64,000 nucleotides of DNA from Myxococcales bacterium (lineage in GTDB: Bacteria > Myxococcota > UBA727 > GCA-2721815), in the NCBI GenBank assembly GCA_002721815.1, contig PBLQ01000043.1:2571-66570 (forward strand). Reading direction: 5' to 3'. Positions 29,233 to 38,000 of the stretch are shown piece after piece (position 1 is the stretch's first letter; each line of letters begins with the position of its first letter). The notes under the pieces were generated by a model, which saw nothing but the letters and a program-made list of their open reading frames with translations, was not told where the DNA came from and did not search any database. Position numbers and translations under genes: made by a program.

Positions 29233-32200
29233 GTGGTGAATAAAGAAACCAACGGATTTGGTGTGAACGCCAGCTATGTGGCTATTTTGCGGGCCCAATG
29301 GGTTTTGGATCCTGCATCCGTCCCTGTGGAGTGGGCGCAATATTTCGCGGCGTCACCCGATGACGAGACACCGGTGACGGCCGTACCCGAAACAAAATTC
29401 GTTGCGAAAAAAGAGGCCCAAAAGCCAGCGCCTCAAACACCAGTCAAAAATGACTCTGAAGAAGAAGTGCCACTCTTAGGCATCAGTAAAAAGATTGCTG
29501 AAAACATGGAGGCGTCATTAGGGCTCCCCACGGCCATGTCCACCCGGGAAATCCCGGTGAAAGTGTTGGAGGAAAACCGACGCATCATCAACAGTTATCT
29601 GACGGATACAGCAAATGCCCGCTGCTCATTCACCCACCTCATCGCGTTTGCCATGGTGAAGGCGGCCACTGAAGTTCCGGCCATGAATCTTGGTTACCGA
29701 AACGGGGCGAAAGGCCCCGTCAAATTGGTGCGAGAAAACATGAATTTAGGATTGGCCATTGATTTACCAGGCCGTGGCGGATCCCGAACTTTGGTGGTAC
29801 CCAACATTAAATCCTGCCAAGACATGGATTTTTGGGCTTTCTTTTCGGCCTACAATGACCTGATCAAAAAAGCGCGAAGCGGTAAGCTCAGCCCAGCCGA
29901 CTTTGCTGGTACCACTATCACACTGACCAATCCAGGTGGCTTGGGCACTGTGTCATCGAACCCTCGGTTGATGTTGGAGCAAGGGACCATCGTGGCCACG
30001 GGGAGAATCGGTTACCCCGCTGAATATGAAGCCACGGCGCCGGAAACATTGCGCGCCCTAGGCATTGGCAAGGTGATGTCCATGACCTCCACCTATGATC
30101 ACCGGGTGATTCAAGGGGCTGAATCGGGGGCATATCTCAAATACATTCATGAACTGCTCAATGGGGAACACGGTTTTTACGACGAGGTTTTTCGCGCCTT
30201 AAAAATCCCTCACTTTCCCTATCGGTTGGTTCAAGATCGCTCGGTGGCTTTCGCACAGGGTGGCACGTTAACCGAAACCGAGCGCGCGATGCGTGTGTCT
30301 CAGTTGATTCATGCTTTTCGCGTCCGCGGTTACTTGTTGGCCAACACCGACCCGCTCGATTTACAACCTCGAGAGCACCCAGAGTTAAATCTAGACGCTT
30401 ATGGACTTACCCTTTGGGATTTAGATCGAGAGTTCTTAACCTTGGGGGTCTTGCCTGAACGCACTGCACCTTTCCGGCAAATTTTGGGCCGTCTGCGTGA
30501 TACCTATTGCCGACGTATGGGTGTGGAATACATGCACATCCACGAACCAGAAGAACGTCGGTGGTGGCAGCAAAACTTGGAGCGCGAACCGCTCACTTTT
30601 AGTGTGGATGAAAAAAGACGTATTTTGTCCAAAGTCACCGAGGCAGAAACCTTTGAACGATTTTTACACAAACGGTTCATGGGTCACAAACGGTTTAGTA
30701 TCGAAGGCGGGGAATGTCTCATTCCAATTTTGTCCGCTTCGCTCACTTCTGCGGCAACCTACGGCGTGAACGACCTTCATATCGGTATGGCGCATCGCGG
30801 TCGACTCAATGTTTTGGCCAATGTGGTGGGTAAGCCTGTGGAGGCCATTTTTGCGGAGTTTGAAGACATTGAGACAAAAAGCCAGCATGGCTCTGGGGAT
30901 GTGAAGTACCATTTGGGCGCCAAAGGTGAATACCTTTGGAGTGGCATCACCAATGACACGGATGCCTACGATGAGCGTTCCGTCCGTGTTGAATTGGCTT
31001 GTAACCCTTCACATCTCGAAGCCGTAAGCCCGGTGGTGTTGGGGTCCACCCGTGCGCGACAAGATTTGGTGGGCGATAAAGTTCGCAACCGTGTGGTGCC
31101 AGTCTTAATCCACGGTGACGCTGCATTTGCTGGCCAGGGCGTGGTGTATGAAACCTTGCAAATGAGTGGTCTCAAAGGATACAGCGTGGGCGGCACGGTG
31201 CACGTGATCGTGAACAACCAAATCGGCTACACCACCTCTCCGGACAAAGCGCGAACATCGGTGAGTGCTTCAGACGTGGCGCGTGCCATCTTTTGCCCTG
31301 TTTTACGGGTCAATGGCGACGACCCCGAAGACTGCGTGAGAGCTGCCTTATTGGCATTTCGTTACCGGATGGAATTCAACAAAGATGTGATCATCGATAT
31401 GGTTTGTTATCGAAAATACGGTCATAATGAAGGCGACGAGCCTGGCTTCACGCAGCCCGTTTTGTACCGGGCCATCAACGAGCACCCGTCCGTGCGAACC
31501 TTGTACGCCGATTTGCTCGTTCGCCGTAAAGATTTTACACGCGAAGAAGTGGATGAGATTCAAGAAACCTACTACGCGAGCCTCGATGCGTCTTTGGCCG
31601 CCATTCGTGAAAAGGGTGACGACGCCATCCCTGAAGAAGCAGGTGTGCTTCCCGGTGCCATCGATCGCGATGCGGAAGAAGAGCCTGTGACTGCGGTCGA
31701 TGAGGCCCTGCTCAAGCAAATCACCGAAAAGGTGACCTACGATCCCAAAGTGGTGGATATCCACCCACGTGTGATCAAAACCGTTTTGGAACGTCGGCGA
31801 AAGATGGTCCTTGAAGAGGGCAAAGGTATTGATTTCGGCATGGCTGAAACATTGGCTTACGGGTCTTTGTTACTTGAAGGCATCCCTGTCCGTTTGAGTG
31901 GGCAGGACGTGGGTCGTGGCACATTCGCCCACCGTCACGCCATTTTATATGACAACAAAGACGGTCGCCCTTACATCCCATTGCAATACCTGTACCGCTC
32001 TAAAGACGATGAGGCCGAAAGCATGTCCGCCTCACATTTTCGGGTGTATGACTCTTTGTTGAGCGAAGAAGGAGTGCTGGGTTTTGAGTACGGCTATTCC
32101 GTAACGCATCCAGATGCGCTGGTTATTTGGGAAGCCCAATTCGGAGATTTCTATAATGGTGCGCAGATCCAGGTGGACCAATTTATTGCGTCGGGCGAAG

Positions 32201-32886
32201 TGAAATGGGGCCAACGGTCTCGAGTGGCTCTGCTGTTGCCCCACGGTTATGATGGACAAGGGCCCGAGCACTCCTCGGCGCGTATTGAACGGTTTTTGCA
32301 GCTGTGCGCAGAGGACAACATGCGCGTGGCGAACTGCTCTACGCCTGTGCAGCTCTTTCACTTGCTGCGTTTGCAAGCCAAACAGCCTAAAAAACCATTG
32401 GTCATCTTTTCTCACAAAAGTTTGTTGCGCGCTGACTTCGCGGCTTCTGCCCTCGAAGATTTTACTCAGGGTGGTTTTCAAACCATTATCGAAGATGATG
32501 ATGCGCCCCAAACAACCCAGAAAACAATTTTATGTTCCGGAAAAATTTATTGGGACTTACAAAAAGAGCGGAAAGCATCTCACCCAGATGCACCTATTCG
32601 CATTTTGCGCTTAGAACAACTTTATCCTTTTCCAGCGGCTGAGCTTACGAAAATGCTCGGCACGAAGACCAAAGATGTAACTTGGGTACAAGAAGAACCT
32701 GCCAACGGTGGGGCTTATTTGTTCGTGAAACAAATGTTGGAAGAATTAAATATCAAAACCCATTACGTTGGGCGCGCGGCGGCCGCCAGTCCCGCCACGG
32801 GTTCCATGAAAAAACACAAGGCCCAGCAAGAAACGATTATCAAGGCAGCTCTCACAGAGATGTCAACGAAAGAGTACCATGTTTAA
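29233..32886 (+). CDS. sucA: OdhA/Kgd-type multifunctional 2-oxoglutarate dehydrogenase (E2-like acyltransferase core fused to E1o)
   Basis: 1217 aa. N-terminal third has an E2 catalytic core with TSTYDHRVIQGAESG. The rest is SucA-like (RFSIEGGE, HRGRLNVL, NQIGYTT, WEAQFGDF). No lipoyl domain is visible. GTG start. Confidence 0.9.
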   Translation: MVNKETNGFGVNASYVAILRAQWVLDPASVPVEWAQYFAASPDDETPVTAVPETKFVAKKEAQKPAPQTPVKNDSEEEVPLLGISKKIAENMEASLGLPTAMSTREIPVKVLEENRRIINSYLTDTANARCSFTHLIAFAMVKAATEVPAMNLGYRNGAKGPVKLVRENMNLGLAIDLPGRGGSRTLVVPNIKSCQDMDFWAFFSAYNDLIKKARSGKLSPADFAGTTITLTNPGGLGTVSSNPRLMLEQGTIVATGRIGYPAEYEATAPETLRALGIGKVMSMTSTYDHRVIQGAESGAYLKYIHELLNGEHGFYDEVFRALKIPHFPYRLVQDRSVAFAQGGTLTETERAMRVSQLIHAFRVRGYLLANTDPLDLQPREHPELNLDAYGLTLWDLDREFLTLGVLPERTAPFRQILGRLRDTYCRRMGVEYMHIHEPEERRWWQQNLEREPLTFSVDEKRRILSKVTEAETFERFLHKRFMGHKRFSIEGGECLIPILSASLTSAATYGVNDLHIGMAHRGRLNVLANVVGKPVEAIFAEFEDIETKSQHGSGDVKYHLGAKGEYLWSGITNDTDAYDERSVRVELACNPSHLEAVSPVVLGSTRARQDLVGDKVRNRVVPVLIHGDAAFAGQGVVYETLQMSGLKGYSVGGTVHVIVNNQIGYTTSPDKARTSVSASDVARAIFCPVLRVNGDDPEDCVRAALLAFRYRMEFNKDVIIDMVCYRKYGHNEGDEPGFTQPVLYRAINEHPSVRTLYADLLVRRKDFTREEVDEIQETYYASLDASLAAIREKGDDAIPEEAGVLPGAIDRDAEEEPVTAVDEALLKQITEKVTYDPKVVDIHPRVIKTVLERRRKMVLEEGKGIDFGMAETLAYGSLLLEGIPVRLSGQDVGRGTFAHRHAILYDNKDGRPYIPLQYLYRSKDDEAESMSASHFRVYDSLLSEEGVLGFEYGYSVTHPDALVIWEAQFGDFYNGAQIQVDQFIASGEVKWGQRSRVALLLPHGYDGQGPEHSSARIERFLQLCAEDNMRVANCSTPVQLFHLLRLQAKQPKKPLVIFSHKSLLRADFAASALEDFTQGGFQTIIEDDDAPQTTQKTILCSGKIYWDLQKERKASHPDAPIRILRLEQLYPFPAAELTKMLGTKTKDVTWVQEEPANGGAYLFVKQMLEELNIKTHYVGRAAAASPATGSMKKHKAQQETIIKAALTEMSTKEYHV

Positions 32887-32898
32887 GGAGATGTTTGT

Positions 32899-35031
32899 AT
32901 GACCACCTCAGAGCAAACCCAGGAACAAGTGCAAGAAAAGCCCTTGCCGGTAAAACGAAAACGAAATGGTGTGGTGACACCCATTTGGGATATGCCCAAA
33001 GGTTTAAGCCCCGAGCGCATGTTGGAAGCTTATCGTTTGATGCTCACCTCCAGACATCTGGACAAAAAGATGCTGGTACTTCTCAAGCAAGGAAAAAGTT
33101 TCTTTCACATCGGTGCTGCAGGTCACGAGGCGGTACAGATGGCTGCCGCATTCGCATTGAGCGCCAAGCGTGATTGGGCCTACCCTTACTACCGTGATCA
33201 AGCGCTGGCTGTGGGTTTGGGCATGACGGCCAAAGAAATCTTCTTGGCATTTTTGGCCAAAGGCGATGACCCCAACTCTGGGGGGCGACAAATGCCCCAG
33301 CACTACGGTCACAAAGACCTCAACATTCCATCACAGTCTTCTTCAACGGGCATGCAATACTTGCAGTCGGTGGGCTGTGCATTTGCCTCTAAGCGACGGT
33401 TCCATGAGGAGAATGGTCAAACGGCCAAGCCCGACTACGAAGTAACAGTTGTGGGATCCGGCGAGGGGACCACCAGCCAAGGTGATTTTCACGAAGCACT
33501 CAACTGGGCTGCCCGTGAAAAAGCACCGGTGATCTTTTTGGTGGAAAACAATGGGTATGCCATCAGTGTGCCCATTCGGGAGCAAACCGCCGGTGGCAAA
33601 GTGTCCAATTTAGGGCAAGGCTACGAAGGCTTGGATGTCATTGAGGTAGACGGCTGTAACTTTGCAGAGAGCTACAAAGCATTTCAAAAAGCCATTGCAC
33701 GCGCCCGTGGCGGGGATGGTCCAACTTTGATCGAAGCCAACGTGGTGCGCTTACTGCCCCACAGTTCTTCAGATGATCAACGTAAATACCGTCCAGCGGA
33801 CGAGCTGGCAGAAGATTTGGCGCGCGACCCCATTCCAGCACTTAAAAGTTGGTTGGTAGAGCGCAACTTGGCTACCGATGAAGAACTCGAGGCCATGGAC
33901 GTTCAAGTCAAACAAGACGTGGATGACGCTGCCGTTTGGGCAGAAGCACAAGCCATGCCGGCACGTGACACGGCAGAAAAATGGGTACTGTCCGAAGAGC
34001 CCGAACCCGAACTGGTAGAACCCACCATCGATGAAGCTGGCACGGGAACGGTTTTGGTGGACGCCATCAATCGCGCCTTAGATGAAGAGCTTTCACACAA
34101 CCCGAAAATGCTCGTGTTTGGTGAAGATGTTGCCGGCGGTAAGGGCGGTGTGTTTACAGCGACTCGACACCTCACAGAAAAGCACGGTAAAGATCGTGTT
34201 TATAACTCTCCTTTGGCAGAGTCGAGCATTGTTGGGGTCTCCATTGGCTTGGCAACTCGAGGCTATAAGCCAGTTCCTGAAATTCAATTTGGTGATTATA
34301 TTTGGACCGCCATGATGCAAATCCGTAACGAGATGTCCACCTTGCGTTACCGCTCCAACAATGCGTTCAGTTGTCCCATTGTGTTGCGGGTGCCGGTAGG
34401 GGGTTACATCCACGGTGCATTGTGTCACTCCCAAAATATCGAGGCATTTTTTGCACATATCCCCGGGATTAAGATCGCACTGCCTTCTAATGCATTGGAT
34501 GCTTATGGTTTGCTCAAATCAGCCATTCGTTGCAACGATCCGGTCTTGTTCTTAGAGCACAAAAACTTGTACCGACAAAACTTTGCCAAACGCGTGCTGC
34601 CCAGCGATACCGATTGGGTTTTGCCTTTTGGTAAAGGCCGGGTATGTCGTGAGGGTGAAGATTTAACCATCATCACTTATGGCGCTATGGTGAACCGCGC
34701 CATGCAGACCGCTTCTAAGCTCGCAGATGAAGACATCGACATTGAAGTCATCGATTTGCGAACCATTAATCCGGTGGATTGGGACCTTATCATGTCTAGC
34801 GCGAAGAAAACGGGCAAGGTTTTGGTCTTACACGAAGACACACGCTTTATGGGGTACGGTGCAGAACTCGCGGCAGAAATTTCTGAGCGTTGCTTTGAGC
34901 ACCTCGACGGTCCCGTCACACGCTTGGCGGGCAAAGACACACCCGTTCCCTTTAACTGGGATTTGGAAGAAGAGATCTTGCCGCAAGGCGACGATGTGGT
35001 GAATGCAGCGAGGAAGCTCGCGGCCTACTAA
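32899..35031 (+). CDS. Fused E1 alpha/beta subunit of a 2-oxoacid dehydrogenase (TPP-dependent)
   Basis: The N-terminal half is E1-alpha-like (GEGTTSQGDFHEALNWAA...VENNGYAISVP). The C-terminal half is E1-beta-like (VFGEDVAGGKGGVF...NSPLAESSIVG...EIQFGDY). 710 aa. Confidence 0.88.
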   Translation: MTTSEQTQEQVQEKPLPVKRKRNGVVTPIWDMPKGLSPERMLEAYRLMLTSRHLDKKMLVLLKQGKSFFHIGAAGHEAVQMAAAFALSAKRDWAYPYYRDQALAVGLGMTAKEIFLAFLAKGDDPNSGGRQMPQHYGHKDLNIPSQSSSTGMQYLQSVGCAFASKRRFHEENGQTAKPDYEVTVVGSGEGTTSQGDFHEALNWAAREKAPVIFLVENNGYAISVPIREQTAGGKVSNLGQGYEGLDVIEVDGCNFAESYKAFQKAIARARGGDGPTLIEANVVRLLPHSSSDDQRKYRPADELAEDLARDPIPALKSWLVERNLATDEELEAMDVQVKQDVDDAAVWAEAQAMPARDTAEKWVLSEEPEPELVEPTIDEAGTGTVLVDAINRALDEELSHNPKMLVFGEDVAGGKGGVFTATRHLTEKHGKDRVYNSPLAESSIVGVSIGLATRGYKPVPEIQFGDYIWTAMMQIRNEMSTLRYRSNNAFSCPIVLRVPVGGYIHGALCHSQNIEAFFAHIPGIKIALPSNALDAYGLLKSAIRCNDPVLFLEHKNLYRQNFAKRVLPSDTDWVLPFGKGRVCREGEDLTIITYGAMVNRAMQTASKLADEDIDIEVIDLRTINPVDWDLIMSSAKKTGKVLVLHEDTRFMGYGAELAAEISERCFEHLDGPVTRLAGKDTPVPFNWDLEEEILPQGDDVVNAARKLAAY

Positions 35032-35045
35032 TCATTTTCGTTCAA

Positions 35046-38000
35046 TTGAGAATGAATAACGCCAGCGAGTCTGGCGTTTTTTGTTGGCTTGGGTTAATGT
35101 TTGGAAGCTACGAACAATATGTGGGGGTGAGTGGTTTGCACTTTAAATGGTTGTTTTTGTTTTTGTTTTTGTTTTTTCTTTTCGCTGCCGGCTGTCCTAA
35201 TCCACCGCCAGCAGCTGACCCTTTGCCTCCCGATGGCCCACCCTCTCAAAACGCCACCGATGCAGGTGAAGTCATCGCTCCGGCACCACCGCTAGATGCC
35301 GGCATGGACCCTTCCGATCCGCCACCTATCGCTGATGCTGGTTCCGATCCTTCCGAACCAATCCTTGTCACTGATGCAGGCACAGAAATACCGGTGCCCG
35401 CAATAGATGCTGGAGTCGATGATGTTGTATCGGTGCCCGACGCGGGGGTAGATGTTCCTGTTGCTGATTTTGATGCAGGGATGATTTTGGTCGCAGATTC
35501 GGGGCCTGTTGCATCCCAAGATGCCGGGCTTGTTTGCGCGACTTGCCCAGAGGGAACGGTTGCGGGCACCGAAGGCTGCACTTGTGTGGATGTAGATGAG
35601 TGCGCCACGGCTAACGGCGGCTGCCATGCCAACGCCCTTTGCAGCAATGGGGCGGTGTCGGGCGCAGTTCCGGGATGCACCTGCAACGATGGTTTTTTTG
35701 GCGATGGTGCTGCTTGCAGCCCTTGGACCGTCTGCGGCGACAATGAATACGAACAAGAGGCGCCCACCGCAACCACAGACCGTGTTTGTGCTTCCATCAG
35801 CGTTTGTGATTTGGGTCATGGTGTGACTTCACCGGCCACCGGACAAAGCGACACGGTTTGCGAACCTTGCGAAACGGGCATCTCCTTTAGTGATGTGGTC
35901 GATGCCACCAGTGCATGTGAGCTGATCTCCCTTTGCGAAGCTGGGCAAGGTGTGGCCACTGCAGCATCGTCGCAAAGCGACACCCTTTGTGAGGCTTGTG
36001 TGTTGGGCACGAACTACAGCGACGTTGTCGATGGCACAAGCATTTGCCAAGCCGTGTCCGCCTGTCCTTTGGGTGAAGGCGTTACGGCCGCCGCCACCAC
36101 TATCAGCGATACCCAGTGCGCGTCTTGCGTGGCCGGTACCACCTTTAGCGATGTTGAAGACACCAGTGGGGAATGCAGACCGGTGGGCACTTGTGATTTG
36201 GGCCAAGGTGTGACTCAAGCGCCTACCACTGAAAGCGATACCCTCTGTGAGCCTTGTGCTCAGGGGAGCACCTTTAGCGCGGTGAATGACAGTATGAGTG
36301 GGTGTGAAGGGGTGACGGTTTGCGGTTTGGGTGAAGGCGCCACCTCTGCACCCACCGTGTCCAGCAATACGGTTTGCGAGCCTTGCGAAGCGGGCATCTC
36401 CTTTAGTGATGTGGTCGACGCCACCGGTGCATGTGAGCTGATCTCCCTTTGCGATGTTGGGCAAGGTGTGGCCACTGCAGCATCGTTGCAAAGCGACACC
36501 CTTTGTGAGGCCTGCGTGTTGGGCACGAACTACAGTGATGTTGTGGACGGCACAAGCATTTGCCAAGCCGTGTCCACTTGTGGACTGGGTGAAGGTGTTA
36601 CTGAAGTGGCCACAGTGCAAAGCGATACCGCGTGTGAACCTTGTGTAGAAGGCACCACCTATAGCGATGTGATCGATGACACCAGCGCGTGTGAGGCCGT
36701 TGCGTTTTGTGGGCCGGGAGAGGGTTTTGTGGCTGCGGCGACTTCAGAAAAAGACGTGATTTGTGAAGCCTGTGAGATGGGCGTCACCTTCAACAATGTT
36801 TCTGACGTACAAACACCCTGCCTCCAAGTGGCCACCTGCGCGGCGGGTTTTGGTTTAAGTCAATCGCCCACCTTTACCACAGATACGGTTTGTGAGCCCT
36901 GCGTGGCGGGCGAAACTTTTAATAGTGTTGATGATTCGACCACCACCTGCACCGTCATTGCCACCTGCGAAGAGGGTCAGGGGGTGACTCAAGTGGCCAC
37001 CGCGAGCACCAATACGATTTGCAGCGATTGCGAAGAAGGCGTTTCATTTAACAACACCAACGATGCCACGAGTACTTGCCAAGCTGCCAGCACTTGCCCG
37101 GTAGGTCAGGGCGTGGCGGTGGCGTCCACCGATACCGAAGATACGATTTGTGAAGCTTGCATCGCCGGGCAAAATTACAGTGACAGTGATGATCTCACCG
37201 CTTGTTTGACGGTGTCCTCTTGCGAAGCCGGTTTCGGGGTTGCCACAGAGGCCACGGCCGCCGCCGATACCCAATGCGAAGCCTGTGTGATGGGAGAGAC
37301 CTTCAGCAATGTGAACGATGCAACCTCTGTTTGTGAAGCCATCGCCCTTTGTCCTGTGGGTGAGGGGGTTTCGGTCTTTGCCACTGCAAGCGGTGATACC
37401 TATTGCGAAGCTTGTGAAGAAGGCATCACATTTAGTGATGTCGCCGATACGCAAGGTGAGTGTACACCCATTTCATCCTGCGATTTAGGCCAAGGCTTTG
37501 TGGCCGATGCCACGGTGACCAGCGACACTGTCTGCGAGGCCTGTGTGTGGGGTCAAACCTTTAGTGATGTGGATGATTTGCAGAGTGCCTGCGAAAGCAT
37601 CAACACCTGTCCCACCGGGCAAGGCGTTGTGGCGGAGGCCACGTTGAGTGCCGATACGTCCTGTGAAGATTGCCAATCAGGGGAGACTTATAGCGATGTG
37701 GATGACGCAGTATCACCTTGTGCTGCCATCACCACTTGCGATTTGGGTTTTGGGGTTTATGCCGGAAGCACGTCTTCTTTGGATACCATCTGTGTTGAGT
37801 GTGTGGCGGGCACCAATTATAGCGATGTGAACAATGCTGTGAACTATTGTGAAGACGTTGTACCCTGTCCTTTAGGTGAAGGCGTGGCCGAGGGCCCCTC
37901 AACACAGAGTGATGCGGTTTGCACCCCTTGCGTGGACGGCGAAACCTATAATGATGTGCTCGACGCAACCACCGCTTGTTTGGCGGTGATGGTTTGTGGT

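Larger units (their letters stand above)
35805..37997 (+). repeat. Coding tandem array: 17 x ~129 nt (43 aa) TNFR/CD40-like cysteine-rich units
   Basis: The unit C-x2-G-x-G-V-x6-8-[ST]DT-x-C-E-x-C-x2-G-x-[TS][FY]S[DN]V-x-D-x-[TS]-x-C-x5 was counted 17 times by eye. Partial units flank it on both sides. Confidence 0.85.

Noticed and set aside
35246-36620. Antisense ORFs of 175-263 aa opposite the giant lipoprotein gene. Similar cases lie at 37044-37454, 48619-49244, 52805-53152 and 60245-61003.
   Set aside because: The sense frames carry coherent domain repeats. The antisense products are repetitive by-products of the repeat DNA and have no starts with an RBS.
35805-37997. The regular ~129-nt periodic repeats could superficially look like a CRISPR or satellite array.
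   Set aside because: The units are contiguous with no spacers, lie in one long open frame, and conserve amino-acid (Cys/Gly) positions rather than nucleotides. There are no cas genes in the window.
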